60,561 bases of DNA, taken from positions 1-60,561 of IMG/VR virus record IMGVR_UViG_3300020179_000033; one strand, written 5' to 3'. The notes beneath the pieces were generated by a model. That model did no database searches, was not told where the DNA came from, and saw nothing but the letters and a program-made list of their open reading frames with translations. Both the position numbers and the translations under genes were made by a program. This document shows positions 32,212 through 42,978 of the stretch, piece after piece (positions within the stretch are counted from its first letter, which is position 1; every line of letters starts with the position of its first letter). The DNA comes from a virus (taxonomy: Duplodnaviria > Caudoviricetes).

Positions 32212-33159
32212 ATGACAAAAGTGGTTATTCATCAACCTAAAAATTTTGAAAGTAGATATTATCGCTATTATAATTTTTTATTTGATGGATTAGCAAATAA
32301 AATAAAAGAAAATTTTGATTGCCTTGAAGCCAGGTATTTTAAGCATGCAAATGAGACAAGATACCCAGTCAAACTAATGTATGATAAAGAATCAAGAAAT
32401 TCAGATAGTACTTTATTGCTAGAGTGTGAAATGTTAATTGAAAATCACGAAACACAAGAAGTTATAGTGCTTTCAGTTTCAGATGATCTTACACATGCTA
32501 TCCTTACAAATTACCCACATGTAAAAAAAATCTTAATATCACAATTTGAAAAAAATAAAATAAAATCGCACCTGTATAATGGTCAGGATTTCAGAAATTT
32601 TCATCCTTGGGTTTATTTTCCACAAAATATCTATGATTACGACCTATACTATACAAAGCGTCAAGAATTACCCGGATTGATAGATAAATTTTATTTTAGA
32701 GGCACTTCATTAGAAATTAGGGCTATCTTGCAAGGGTTCAATCCAAAATACTTTGAAGGCGGCTTACCTATAGGAGGGTTTGAAACATACGCATCAGATA
32801 TTATTAATTATAAAATCGCTTATTCGACTGCGGGTAGAGGTGAATTCTGTTATAGAGATATAGAGAATATGGCAATGGGTATACCTATATTACGTTTTGA
32901 ATATTCTCATGAAATGAACCCACCCCTTATACCTAATTTTCATTATATTTCTGTTCCTAGACCTTCAATAACTACTGAACATCAGCTTACACCTGATCAT
33001 GCACCTTTAATTGAAAATAGATTTTTGGAAGTAAAAGACGACAAAAACTTTTTAGATTTTATTTCAAAAAATGCCCGGGAATATTATGAAAAGTATATTA
33101 AATTAGATAGTTGTATACAACACACCTACAATCTAATGGAAATTGAACAATGGAAATAG
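32212..33159 (+). CDS. Glycosyltransferase, GT90/CgeB-like (GT-B C-terminal domain)
   Basis: KFYFRG...GRGEFCYRDIENMAMG...LIPNFHYISV...ISKNAREYY. Confidence 0.65.
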   Translation: MTKVVIHQPKNFESRYYRYYNFLFDGLANKIKENFDCLEARYFKHANETRYPVKLMYDKESRNSDSTLLLECEMLIENHETQEVIVLSVSDDLTHAILTNYPHVKKILISQFEKNKIKSHLYNGQDFRNFHPWVYFPQNIYDYDLYYTKRQELPGLIDKFYFRGTSLEIRAILQGFNPKYFEGGLPIGGFETYASDIINYKIAYSTAGRGEFCYRDIENMAMGIPILRFEYSHEMNPPLIPNFHYISVPRPSITTEHQLTPDHAPLIENRFLEVKDDKNFLDFISKNAREYYEKYIKLDSCIQHTYNLMEIEQWK

Positions 33160-33782
33160 AAAAGAACATAAGTAAAAAAGTAGATCTCGAAAAAAATGAC
33201 GGCTTATCCGGGTATCTAGGATTTGCCTGTCAGCAGCATCATGGTATTTATAGAGTTTTTTATGATTTTTTAAACGATGTAAAACCTAGTAATATTTTAG
33301 AAATTGGAACAGCTCTTGGCGGGTTTACTCAATATTTAAAATATGTTAATGATCTGATAGGTAATACTGATTGTAGAATTTTAAGCTATGAAATTCACTA
33401 TCAAAACTGGTATGAAGATATGAAAGCGCAAGGTATAGATGTTAGGGTTGAAAATATATTTTCTACTGATTATTCTGAAGTTAAGCCAGAAGTCATTGAT
33501 TTTATTAGGTCACCGGGGACTACTATAGTATTTTGCGATGGTGGTAGTAAAAAAGATGAATTTAATATTCTTTCATATTATTTAAAAAATAAAGATTTTA
33601 TTCTTGCTCATGATTATGGTTATAGTAGAGATATATTTCTTCAAACAGCACATGGTAAAATTTGGAATTGGTGTGAAATAATAGAGGCAGATATAGAAGC
33701 AGCTGTTTCAAGAAATAACTTAAAAGACTATAAAAATGAAATTTTTAATGAGGTTGCATGGACATGCAAAGCTAAAGTATGA
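33150..33782 (+). CDS. Class I SAM-dependent methyltransferase (CmcI / Methyltransf_24-like)
   Basis: KPSNILEIGTALGG, VFCDGG, ILAHD. Confidence 0.8.
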   Translation: MEIEKNISKKVDLEKNDGLSGYLGFACQQHHGIYRVFYDFLNDVKPSNILEIGTALGGFTQYLKYVNDLIGNTDCRILSYEIHYQNWYEDMKAQGIDVRVENIFSTDYSEVKPEVIDFIRSPGTTIVFCDGGSKKDEFNILSYYLKNKDFILAHDYGYSRDIFLQTAHGKIWNWCEIIEADIEAAVSRNNLKDYKNEIFNEVAWTCKAKV

Positions 33783-36097
33783 ATTTATTTGAAAAAATAA
33801 GACATTTTATTAACAGTAAAGTTGATGCTAGTATTATTAATGATGAACAAATTAGTTATCTGGTGTTATATTTAATAGAAGCTCTAAATGAAAAGCTCGA
33901 AGGCGATGTAGTTGAATTAGGTTGCTATGTAGGCGAATCTAGCAAATATTTACAAAAAACACTTTTAGAAGCTAAGGCTAATAAAAAACTATATGTTTAT
34001 GATTCGTTTGAGGGGCTCCCACCATTATCTAAATATGAAGAGCATACAGGCTGGACAGAGGGTGGGTTAGCAACTACAGAAAATGCATTAAGAGCTAATT
34101 TTGAAAAAAACAACTTACCTCTACCGACAATTACTAAAGGATGGTTTAAAGATATTAAACCCGAGCAACTACCTGAAAAAATATGCTTTGCATTTTTAGA
34201 CGGTGATTTTTATGATTCTATTTATGATAGTCTAAATAAAGTTTACGATAGAGTTGTAGAAAAAGGCTATATTTTTATTCATGATTATGATAGAAAAGAT
34301 TTACCAGGAGTAGCTGCAGCGGTTAACGACTTTTTTAATGAAAGACACTACACTTTTAATGTTGTAAAGTTATGTGATCAATTAGCAGTTATTCAAAAAA
34401 ATACACAGTTAGAAGTTGTCGAAATACCGAAATCGCCATATACAATAGTTACAGGTCTTTGGGATATTGGTAGAGATAAATTAACTGAAGGTTGGTCTCG
34501 TTCATTTGAACATTATTTAAAGAAATTAGAAGAACTTTTAAAAACTGATTTTAATTTAATAATTTTCGGTGATCCAGAATTAGAGCAGTTTATTTTTCAA
34601 CACCGTCAGCACTACAATACACAATTTGTTGCAAGGAGTCTGGATTGGATAAAGAAGATGCCATTTTATGATAAAATTCAAGAAATAAGAACAAATCCAG
34701 ATTGGTATAATCAAGCTGGTTGGTTAAAAGATTCTACACAAGCTAAGTTAGAGCTCTATAATCCGTTAGTTATGTCTAAGGTATTTTTACTTAATGATGC
34801 AAGTATTTTAGATAAGTTTAATTCTGAATATTTGTTTTGGCTCGATGCAGGTATTACAAATACGGTACACCCAGGATACTTTACACATGATAAAGTTTTA
34901 GATAAGCTGCCCGCACTATTAGATGATAAATTTTTATTTGTAAGTTTTCCTTATCCTGATGGTGGTGAAATACATGGGTTTACCCGTACAAAAATGAATG
35001 AGATAGCTAATACTTCAAACGTAGAGTATGTTAACCGTGCAGGCTTTTTTGGCGGGCCGAAATCTAGTATTGGTGAAATAAATGGAATATATTATTCATT
35101 ACTTAAGGACACCCTTTCTCAGGGGCTTATGGGCACAGAAGAAAGCATATTTACTCTTATGACATATTTACACCCTCAGCTGTTTAAACGGTTTATGATT
35201 GAGGCTAACGGTTTATTAGTAACATTTTTTGAAAACTTAAAAAATATTAAAGTTGAAAAAGAAGAAACAAAAATAGTAATTGGGGAAAACAATACCGGAA
35301 CGGGTCTTTATGTAATTGGGTTTAATTCCCCCAAACAATTTGAATTGCTATGCGAAAGTTATCTTACGCATTCGGGGTTTATACGCGATACCACGAATTA
35401 TCTTTTAAATAATAGTACAGATTTATCGCTTAACAAAGAATACATTGCTTTATGTAAAAAATATAATTTTGAGCATATTAAAAAGAATAATGTTGGAATA
35501 TGCGGTGGTAGGCAGTTTATAGCAGAGCATTTTGAAACAACAAATTTAAAGAATTATATTTTCTTAGAAGATGATATGACGCTAGTTGAATCACCAGGTA
35601 CAGTTTGTCGTAACGGCTTGGCTAGATATACAAAAAATTTATTTTTTAAAATTCATAAAATAATGGATAAAGAAAAATACGATTTTATTAAATTTTCTTA
35701 TTCTGAATTTTTTGGCGATAATGGTACGCAATGGGCATGGTATAACGTGCCACAGCCAATAAGGGAGAAATACTGGCCGCACTATAATAAATTACCAGAA
35801 ATTGGTACAGATCCTAATGCACCTAGAACTAATTACACTTGTATTAAAACGATTGATGGGTTAAGTTATCTAGAAGGTGATGTATATTATTGTAACTGGC
35901 CACAACTGGTTAATAGAGAAGGTAATAGAAAGATGTTTATTACAACTAAATGGGCTCACCCTTTCGAACAAACTTGGATGTCGCATATGTTTCAACTTAC
36001 AAAAGATAAAAAACTCAAGGGCTCGGTTCTCTTACTATCTCCGGTAGAACATAATCGCTTCGATCACTATAAAAACAATTTACGTAAAGAAAGCTGA
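33779..36097 (+). CDS. Three-domain fusion: TylF/MycF sugar O-methyltransferase + HtrL/YibB-like glycosyltransferase + GT-A (GT2-like) domain
   Basis: EGDVVELGCYVG, YDSFEGLP, KGWFKD, FLDGDFYDS, IHDY (TylF); TIVTGLWDIGR, YNPLVMSK, FWLDAG, MGTEE (HtrL-like); NVGICGGR, FLEDD (GT-A). Confidence 0.82.
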   Translation: MNLFEKIRHFINSKVDASIINDEQISYLVLYLIEALNEKLEGDVVELGCYVGESSKYLQKTLLEAKANKKLYVYDSFEGLPPLSKYEEHTGWTEGGLATTENALRANFEKNNLPLPTITKGWFKDIKPEQLPEKICFAFLDGDFYDSIYDSLNKVYDRVVEKGYIFIHDYDRKDLPGVAAAVNDFFNERHYTFNVVKLCDQLAVIQKNTQLEVVEIPKSPYTIVTGLWDIGRDKLTEGWSRSFEHYLKKLEELLKTDFNLIIFGDPELEQFIFQHRQHYNTQFVARSLDWIKKMPFYDKIQEIRTNPDWYNQAGWLKDSTQAKLELYNPLVMSKVFLLNDASILDKFNSEYLFWLDAGITNTVHPGYFTHDKVLDKLPALLDDKFLFVSFPYPDGGEIHGFTRTKMNEIANTSNVEYVNRAGFFGGPKSSIGEINGIYYSLLKDTLSQGLMGTEESIFTLMTYLHPQLFKRFMIEANGLLVTFFENLKNIKVEKEETKIVIGENNTGTGLYVIGFNSPKQFELLCESYLTHSGFIRDTTNYLLNNSTDLSLNKEYIALCKKYNFEHIKKNNVGICGGRQFIAEHFETTNLKNYIFLEDDMTLVESPGTVCRNGLARYTKNLFFKIHKIMDKEKYDFIKFSYSEFFGDNGTQWAWYNVPQPIREKYWPHYNKLPEIGTDPNAPRTNYTCIKTIDGLSYLEGDVYYCNWPQLVNREGNRKMFITTKWAHPFEQTWMSHMFQLTKDKKLKGSVLLLSPVEHNRFDHYKNNLRKES

Positions 36098-36105
36098 TAT
36101 TTAAG

Positions 36106-36111
36106 TAAATA
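36106..36111 (+). promoter_or_regulatory. Late promoter core TAAATA
   Basis: 5 nt before GTG 36117. Confidence 0.65.
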
Positions 36112-36116
36112 ATAAT

Positions 36117-38030
36117 GTGAACCTTGTTTTTTATAAGCTTTCAAGCGTCCAAATTCTTGAAAGACCTTATGTACTAAATGGCTATTTATTTGAAGACCCT
36201 GTTTACCCTGTTATAGTCTTTACTAATACTGCAACTGGTAGTTCGTTTTCTGCAACATCAGGTACGTTTGTTTACCCGTACTCTGCATATGGTGGTCAAT
36301 TTTTTCCCTGGGGATACGCTATTCAAAATACCTATTTAAGTGCCGATTTAGGGTTTTTTAAAGGTAATACCACACTTACGTTTATACCCTCAGCATTAAG
36401 CGAAGAGTATTATCCTGTCATAAAAATTATTTACGATTTTGATGATAATAAAATAATTACTGTTGATAAAAAGATAGTTCAAAACGATTTTGTTAATATT
36501 GTAAGTCTCGATCCTAGTTCGCCTATTGATAGTAATATATCACACATATATAAATTACCCGCTTCTGGCATTAATACATACTTCCCTTCTGTAACTGTTT
36601 TTAATGGCAATCTCGCTTTAAATAAGTTTGAATTTAAACTAACGCTTTATCCTGATACTATTTTTGATTTAGATGATTTTCATTTAATAAACTCCACACA
36701 ACTTGATGTTACAGATAATAAATTTAAAAGCTTAGAAATTTTACAAGTCGAAACTTTATCAACAACATATCTAACTCATTTCTGCCTCTTAAGTACAACA
36801 CCAAATTTTGAGCTTAATAGAATTTTAATTACCCCTTCTATCACACCTACACCAACGCTAACACCGACCATGACAGTCACACCGACAAGAACCCCTACAG
36901 TAACACCTACCAACACTCTAACACCTTCTATTACACCTTCCAATACTTTAACACCAACAGCGACACCTACAGAGACGGTTACACCTTCAATCACGCCCTC
37001 TATTACACCTACAGAGTCTGTCACACCAACGATTACTCCTTCTATTACATTAACACCGACGGTGACACCTACTATGGTTACCCCCACACCAACACCGACT
37101 ATTACACCTACAGAAAGTGTAACGCCTACAAATACACCAACAGAAACTCCAACAGAAACAGTTACGCCTACAGAAACACCTACAGAAACACCAACCCTTA
37201 CTCCGACAGAGACAGTTACGCTTACACCAACAATAACACCTACTCCCACAGCATCCCAAGCCGGCTTACCACCTACACCTACTATGACAGTAACCAAAAC
37301 GCCTAGGCCTACTGTAACACCTACTAATACAGTAACACCTACTAATACAGTAACACCTACTAATACAGTAACTCCTACAAATTCTAGAACACCTACCATT
37401 ACCCCTACTGTATCTCAAACAATGACACCAACACCTACAATAACACCTACCATTACTCCTAGTACTGCAGCTACAACTAACAATATATATGTTGAAAATA
37501 ACGGGTTTGAAGTTCCTAATTTAGGTGGTGGCCCCGGAGTACTGTACACACAAAACCCAGTAGACCCGGATTGGACGTTTGTTGGAAAATCGGGTATTGT
37601 TGCTAATACTAGTGTTCTTGGACTAGTAAATGCGCTAAATAAGAACGTAGAATCTGGCAGTCCCGTGTTCAGTACATTAGGTCAAGCAGCTTTCTTATCA
37701 GGCGGAAACGGATTAATTACCGGGGCTAGTAGTACATATTTAGAATATGGGCCTGCTACACTAAGTACATCGCTAAACGCTAAGATAGTATTTTCTTCTC
37801 AGACATCTAATCCAAGCAATGTTACTGTAACCGTCTCCGCTTATGATGGTTCTACATACTATAATCTTGGCTCATTTATACCTACGACAACTACAAGCTT
37901 TACTACACATATGTCGCCGTCTTACGTAACTCTGCCCGCAGGTTCTATTACCCTTTACTTTGTACATGATCCAGCTGCAAGCGCTGATATTACATTTATT
38001 GACACAGTGTTCTTACAGACTCCTATATAA
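36117..38030 (+). CDS. Virion protein: PKD-like N-domain + Thr/Pro stalk + carbohydrate-binding-like jelly-roll tip
   Basis: KIIYDFDD...SHIY; about 210 aa of TP repeats; NNGFEVP...WTF C-terminal domain. Confidence 0.6.
   Translation: MNLVFYKLSSVQILERPYVLNGYLFEDPVYPVIVFTNTATGSSFSATSGTFVYPYSAYGGQFFPWGYAIQNTYLSADLGFFKGNTTLTFIPSALSEEYYPVIKIIYDFDDNKIITVDKKIVQNDFVNIVSLDPSSPIDSNISHIYKLPASGINTYFPSVTVFNGNLALNKFEFKLTLYPDTIFDLDDFHLINSTQLDVTDNKFKSLEILQVETLSTTYLTHFCLLSTTPNFELNRILITPSITPTPTLTPTMTVTPTRTPTVTPTNTLTPSITPSNTLTPTATPTETVTPSITPSITPTESVTPTITPSITLTPTVTPTMVTPTPTPTITPTESVTPTNTPTETPTETVTPTETPTETPTLTPTETVTLTPTITPTPTASQAGLPPTPTMTVTKTPRPTVTPTNTVTPTNTVTPTNTVTPTNSRTPTITPTVSQTMTPTPTITPTITPSTAATTNNIYVENNGFEVPNLGGGPGVLYTQNPVDPDWTFVGKSGIVANTSVLGLVNALNKNVESGSPVFSTLGQAAFLSGGNGLITGASSTYLEYGPATLSTSLNAKIVFSSQTSNPSNVTVTVSAYDGSTYYNLGSFIPTTTTSFTTHMSPSYVTLPAGSITLYFVHDPAASADITFIDTVFLQTPI
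36831..37466 (+). repeat. Coding Thr/Pro tract, including an exact 18-bp tandem (VTPTNT) at about 37314-37372
   Basis: GTAACACCTACTAATACA repeated three times. Confidence 0.95.
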
Positions 38031-38033
38031 ATA
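38026..38033 (+). promoter_or_regulatory. Perfect T4 late promoter TATAAATA
   Basis: Overlaps the upstream stop; 5 nt before ATG 38039. Confidence 0.75.
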
Positions 38034-38038
38034 AAAAT

Positions 38039-41000
38039 ATGGAAATAGCTGAATTAACATCGTCAAATTTTGTAGGATTAACAGCTAGGTATCCTCTTGA
38101 TGAACAATTTACATTTAATGAATCAGTACTCTTTACCGAACAAGATGTAAATATACCGTTTAATGAAGCTCTTCAAGATGTTAATGACCAAAAAATAAAT
38201 AATTTTTCAAATTTAATTTTAACTAAAAATTCATTATTAACTAGCGGGTTTTCAATTAACCCACTTTCATTTTTATACGATTATGGGTTTACAACCTATT
38301 TTGCTGCTAATGCTCCAGGTTCTATTACCCCATCAACTAAGTTTTGGGTTGTGCAGGAGCCGGCGGTTTCAGTTAATCAAGCTGATCTTACCGTCGACGG
38401 TGAATATTCTAATATTAATAATCAATACTTTTTTGATGTTGAATTTATTTCTGAAAAATACTGTAAGATAACTCATGAAAATAATAATATAATTAGGTAT
38501 CTAACAGTTGACTATACAGGTAATCTATCCTTTTGTAAGGATGCTAAGCTAGATGCTTTAGGAGAATATAGCCCTCAAATTTTTATGTACATTTATGATA
38601 GAAATTTTAAATTTTTAGTTTTAATGAAAAACATAAATGATATTAGTAAGTACGTATCATTTAATGCTAATAATAACAGACTAACTTTAGTTGAACCGCT
38701 TACTGCTACTTCAATACCATATTCTACTGCTTCTATTTTTAGAATAAACCCTAGAAGCAAATCTCCAAATAAAACCGATATTAAAGATTCCTGGGTTAGC
38801 TACAAAAAAGACTTATTTACTAATTCTCAAAATATTAATAGTACTAGGAGTTACGAACAAATTAATTCAAATCTGCTTTTAAATAGTGAATATTACAATA
38901 TTTCAGGCTCTTCTATTGATTTTAACATACTATCACTTAAAAACACTAACAGTCCAGAAAATTTTCAAGGCAGAGGTAATCCTTTTTTTGATGAAGCCAA
39001 TGTTGAATTTAGAGATTACCAGGCTTTATTTTCCGGCTCAAATCAACAATTTGGAAACGATAACATCTCAATAGGATATGAAACATATACATCGAATTTA
39101 ATTTTTAAAAAAGATAAAGTTACTTATTTTCATATACCTCAAAATTTTTATCCTTTTCAAAGATTAAATGTAAATGATTCTTATTTAGTAGAATCAGGAT
39201 CGATAGCAGGAGATCACCCTTTAAAATCTGATAAAATTTTTAAAAAGAAAGGCGACTACAGTGCTACAACTCATTTTGGTGATACAATAGAAGAAACAAC
39301 CGGAGAATTTCTATGTGCCTGGTTATCTGGTAGTCCAGATCCAAATGTAAGGCCGATTTGGGTTGATAGGTATTATAATCCAAAAAATATTTCGTTTTTT
39401 AAAGCACTTACATCATCTGATTATAAAGCAGTTCGTTATATTTCTGTTTTTGATTGCTTAGTAGCAGAGGCAAATAAAATTTTAGGTGATGTAGATGTTT
39501 TTGATAAACCTTCAGATTTAATTTTTGAAAAAGGTGCATACTATGCATACCATCACTACGGACCAAAAGATGTAGATAATTTTATTAATATGCTTTCGAA
39601 AACCTTAGTTCAAAAAGATCTTATTAATTATAAATTTTTTAACGGATCAGCTGTTAACAACATAACTCCAGGCACCTATAATTTTGACGGTACTAAATAT
39701 GCCTCGACTGATTCACTTCTTTCTATAAGTGCATCTAATCAATTTACTTTAATTTTTGATGGTTACAGTACTGATTGGAATAGCCCTATAGGCAATCAAA
39801 TTATAGGTAATTATAATTCTGATGGATTCGGTGTCTTTAATCAATTTTCTGTAACACCTTTAGTATTCTTTAATACATTAAGCTCGTTGGATATAGCTAA
39901 TACAGATCTTAATTTGCTCACAAAATTAGAAATTGATTCACCTATAAAAGGTGTTATTAGAACACAAAGCTTAGATGACTTTTTTATTTTTTATGGCGAC
40001 AATTCGATTCGTAGATATAACCTTTCATTTTCAGAGATAAGAAAAACAACATCTAATCTACCAATTAGCCTAACAACAGATTTTACAGCAGATGATAACT
40101 ATGCATATTTATTTTTTAATAGTAATCCTGCAGGTACACCTAATATGAAAGTTGCTAGGGCTGATTTAAATTCAAATGTTGTAGTTGATTATACTAGTAG
40201 CGTATCATTTGCTAGAGTGCCACCAGATACTAATATTTCCTTTTGTAAAACGGTTGATCTGTTTAACGGTAATTTATATTTTACTGACGGTACAAAATCT
40301 GAAATTATAGGTAATGATATTTTTTATTTAACTAACAATCAAATTAAACAGTGGAACAATATTGATACCATCGTTACGCTTACCACAGCATTTTCTACCA
40401 CCAAAACAATAGAAGACTTTACTGTTGACTTTGATAACAATATATGGGTTCTATTTGATAAAAATAAATACGCAAAATATAATAAATTTAGAGAATTTTT
40501 ATTATCAGGATATTTTGCAGAGCCTAACTATTTAAATTATAAGATAGAACCATTAGCTGAATTTAAGAATGGAGAATATGTAGAAGAGATGCTAGTAATG
40601 AGACAATCAATTAACGAGTCTAATAAAATTAATTTTACAAAAATTAGTATGGAAGGTATAACTGTTCTTAGTACACAGTTAAAATATCTTACCGCAGGTT
40701 ATAATAACCTTACTAATGGAAAATTTTTAAGAATTAATAACCAAGCAAACTATGCTCCCGGTAATTTTAGTATAAAAGCAAAGCTTTATAATATATACAA
40801 TTTAAATAGCAGCACAACAGTAGAAACAAAATTTAATTTATCTGCTATTGACCCCGGGTACCATAATTTTGCAATTCGTTTTGATGGGTACGAAGGATAT
40901 ATGCATTTGTTTGTTGATGGGCAGCTACAGGATATAGCAGAATTTGAACCTAGAAAGTATAAATTTAGTAGTATCACTAAAAGACCATTCTTGATTGGTA

Positions 41001-41386
41001 CAAGCACATATTTAAATTCTATCCCTCTATTTGAATTTTTAAAAAATAATAACTATTTAGTTACAAACCTGCAAATAAAGAACTTTTATCTTTATGATAA
41101 ACCTCTTTATGATTTTGATATTATTATGCATGTAAGAAAAAATATGTTTATACGGGATATAAATTTTAATGTTGCAAGCGGTAGAAGAAATTACGTAGAA
41201 GAAGTAGAAAGGTATTTTAAGTTAAGAACACCTGGTTCGAAGTCAACACTATTTAATTTAATAATTAGAAATAGTGGTATAAATGATTACGATTTACAAT
41301 ATGCTTTAGAGCAACGTATCTTAAGTATATTAAAGAATGCTGCCCCAGCATATACAAAAATAAACCAAATTAAATGGTCTAACTAA
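38039..41386 (+). CDS. Large virion protein with a split LamG/ConA-like domain
   Basis: YNFDG...NQFTLIF and GYHNFAIRFD...MHLFVDG...PFLIG...IKNFYLYDKPL. Confidence 0.6.
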   Translation: MEIAELTSSNFVGLTARYPLDEQFTFNESVLFTEQDVNIPFNEALQDVNDQKINNFSNLILTKNSLLTSGFSINPLSFLYDYGFTTYFAANAPGSITPSTKFWVVQEPAVSVNQADLTVDGEYSNINNQYFFDVEFISEKYCKITHENNNIIRYLTVDYTGNLSFCKDAKLDALGEYSPQIFMYIYDRNFKFLVLMKNINDISKYVSFNANNNRLTLVEPLTATSIPYSTASIFRINPRSKSPNKTDIKDSWVSYKKDLFTNSQNINSTRSYEQINSNLLLNSEYYNISGSSIDFNILSLKNTNSPENFQGRGNPFFDEANVEFRDYQALFSGSNQQFGNDNISIGYETYTSNLIFKKDKVTYFHIPQNFYPFQRLNVNDSYLVESGSIAGDHPLKSDKIFKKKGDYSATTHFGDTIEETTGEFLCAWLSGSPDPNVRPIWVDRYYNPKNISFFKALTSSDYKAVRYISVFDCLVAEANKILGDVDVFDKPSDLIFEKGAYYAYHHYGPKDVDNFINMLSKTLVQKDLINYKFFNGSAVNNITPGTYNFDGTKYASTDSLLSISASNQFTLIFDGYSTDWNSPIGNQIIGNYNSDGFGVFNQFSVTPLVFFNTLSSLDIANTDLNLLTKLEIDSPIKGVIRTQSLDDFFIFYGDNSIRRYNLSFSEIRKTTSNLPISLTTDFTADDNYAYLFFNSNPAGTPNMKVARADLNSNVVVDYTSSVSFARVPPDTNISFCKTVDLFNGNLYFTDGTKSEIIGNDIFYLTNNQIKQWNNIDTIVTLTTAFSTTKTIEDFTVDFDNNIWVLFDKNKYAKYNKFREFLLSGYFAEPNYLNYKIEPLAEFKNGEYVEEMLVMRQSINESNKINFTKISMEGITVLSTQLKYLTAGYNNLTNGKFLRINNQANYAPGNFSIKAKLYNIYNLNSSTTVETKFNLSAIDPGYHNFAIRFDGYEGYMHLFVDGQLQDIAEFEPRKYKFSSITKRPFLIGTSTYLNSIPLFEFLKNNNYLVTNLQIKNFYLYDKPLYDFDIIMHVRKNMFIRDINFNVASGRRNYVEEVERYFKLRTPGSKSTLFNLIIRNSGINDYDLQYALEQRILSILKNAAPAYTKINQIKWSN

Positions 41387-42975
41387 TGAACCTTATAGAC
41401 AATATACAACTAGTAAGATACCTTTCTTTTAAATTAGAATTACCTAATAATTTTGAAAAAATTAAATTTCAGTCAAATGATACTGTTTCAAGCGACCTGT
41501 TAAACTTAAAATTGAGTCATTTGTACGATAATTTCATATATCTTTACAATGCATCTTTGATTTCATCTAATGTAATACCTGTATCAAGCACTGCGGTTGC
41601 GAGTGTTACTGCAGGGGTTAATAAATTTAAGTGGTATAAAAACGTCAACACTAGTGAATTTGTTTCTATTTCTTCAGATCCAGGCTTAACAGGGCTAGAT
41701 AATACAAATCTTTTATATTTAGTAAGAAATATAGATACGGGAAAGTATTCTACTTTTATGGGAACTTCGACTGCTATAGCTGTTTTTAGTTTTGATGAAG
41801 AGGCATCATACCTAACCTTAAATCAGGCAATTAATGAAGTAGAACCAGGGTTCGGTGTATATTATCAAAGTATTACTGCATTTGAAACTATAAATTTTAA
41901 TCTGTTTGTGCTAGATAATAGACTTAATAAATTAGTAAAATATGATGCTAGTGGCTATTTTACTAATGATATTATTACTCAAAATTCTCTTAGATATATT
42001 AATTCTATAGGTAATTTTGGTAGTTCTAATTCAAAACTAGAATTTAATTCTCCAACCGGTCTAACATCCTTTAATAAAACCCTATATGTGCTCGACTCAG
42101 GTAACAAATGTATTAAAACATACGACACAGATTTAAATTGGCTAGCCACATATAGGCTTTCAATTGATTTAAAAGATATTAACCCCATAGATATTGCAGC
42201 TGATAGTTATGGAAATATCTTTATACTTACTAACAAAAACTTTATAAAATATGATAGCACTTTTCAAAATAAAGAAATATTTGATACGTCTTTAACTTAC
42301 CCTGGAGAATATTTTAATAAAATAGTCTTTTCTAAATTTAATAAAGATATCTTTTATCTAGTTTCTAATAAAAATGTTTATAAAAAAATTGCATCAACAC
42401 CGTCTGATACTATAGGCAAATATCTTCTTTATTTATACAACTACAATTTACCTAACGATAAAATAACAGGATTTGCATCTACTGCTAATAATGTGGGTGA
42501 TAGAAATCTTTTATTTTCGTTTTTTAACAATACCGGCAAATTAGGTAACTTTTTTGATAACTTAAATCTTTACGATGTTTTAAGAATAAGAAATTTTGAT
42601 GTTTATAGTTTTGATCAAATTAAATTTAATAAAGAAGAGTATCTTCAAAACTGGGTCTTTAATAAAGCAATTTCTAAACTTCTTATTAATCATATGAGAT
42701 TTAGGGACCAGATTGCTGGTAAATTTATTGGCTCACAAGACAATAAAGGCAATATTGTATTTGAAGGTACAAGATACCTTTTGCCAGATGAATTAGATTC
42801 AATATTTTTTAGTCAAGATTTGTCTTTTTATTTGGGAGTCAATGAGATAACCACTAGTAGTGTTTTTAATAGAATTACTAAAAAAATATATAATATTCAG
42901 GTAGCTTTAAAAAATGTTTTAGACGCTGAAATAACAAATAACCCTGGGCTTACAATACCTGTATATATAAGTTAA
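41386..42975 (+). CDS. NHL-repeat beta-propeller virion protein
   Basis: GNFGS...EFNSPTGL...LYVLDSGNKCIKTYD; PIDIAADSYGNIFIL. Confidence 0.65.
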   Translation: MNLIDNIQLVRYLSFKLELPNNFEKIKFQSNDTVSSDLLNLKLSHLYDNFIYLYNASLISSNVIPVSSTAVASVTAGVNKFKWYKNVNTSEFVSISSDPGLTGLDNTNLLYLVRNIDTGKYSTFMGTSTAIAVFSFDEEASYLTLNQAINEVEPGFGVYYQSITAFETINFNLFVLDNRLNKLVKYDASGYFTNDIITQNSLRYINSIGNFGSSNSKLEFNSPTGLTSFNKTLYVLDSGNKCIKTYDTDLNWLATYRLSIDLKDINPIDIAADSYGNIFILTNKNFIKYDSTFQNKEIFDTSLTYPGEYFNKIVFSKFNKDIFYLVSNKNVYKKIASTPSDTIGKYLLYLYNYNLPNDKITGFASTANNVGDRNLLFSFFNNTGKLGNFFDNLNLYDVLRIRNFDVYSFDQIKFNKEEYLQNWVFNKAISKLLINHMRFRDQIAGKFIGSQDNKGNIVFEGTRYLLPDELDSIFFSQDLSFYLGVNEITTSSVFNRITKKIYNIQVALKNVLDAEITNNPGLTIPVYIS

Positions 42976-42978
42976 TAA

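Noticed and set aside
28205-36097. DNA hypermodification role for the glycosyltransferases
   Set aside because: Not favoured: no hydroxymethylase or T4 alpha/beta-glucosyltransferase-like gene nearby, and GT60/GT10 act on proteins and glycans. It is not formally excluded.
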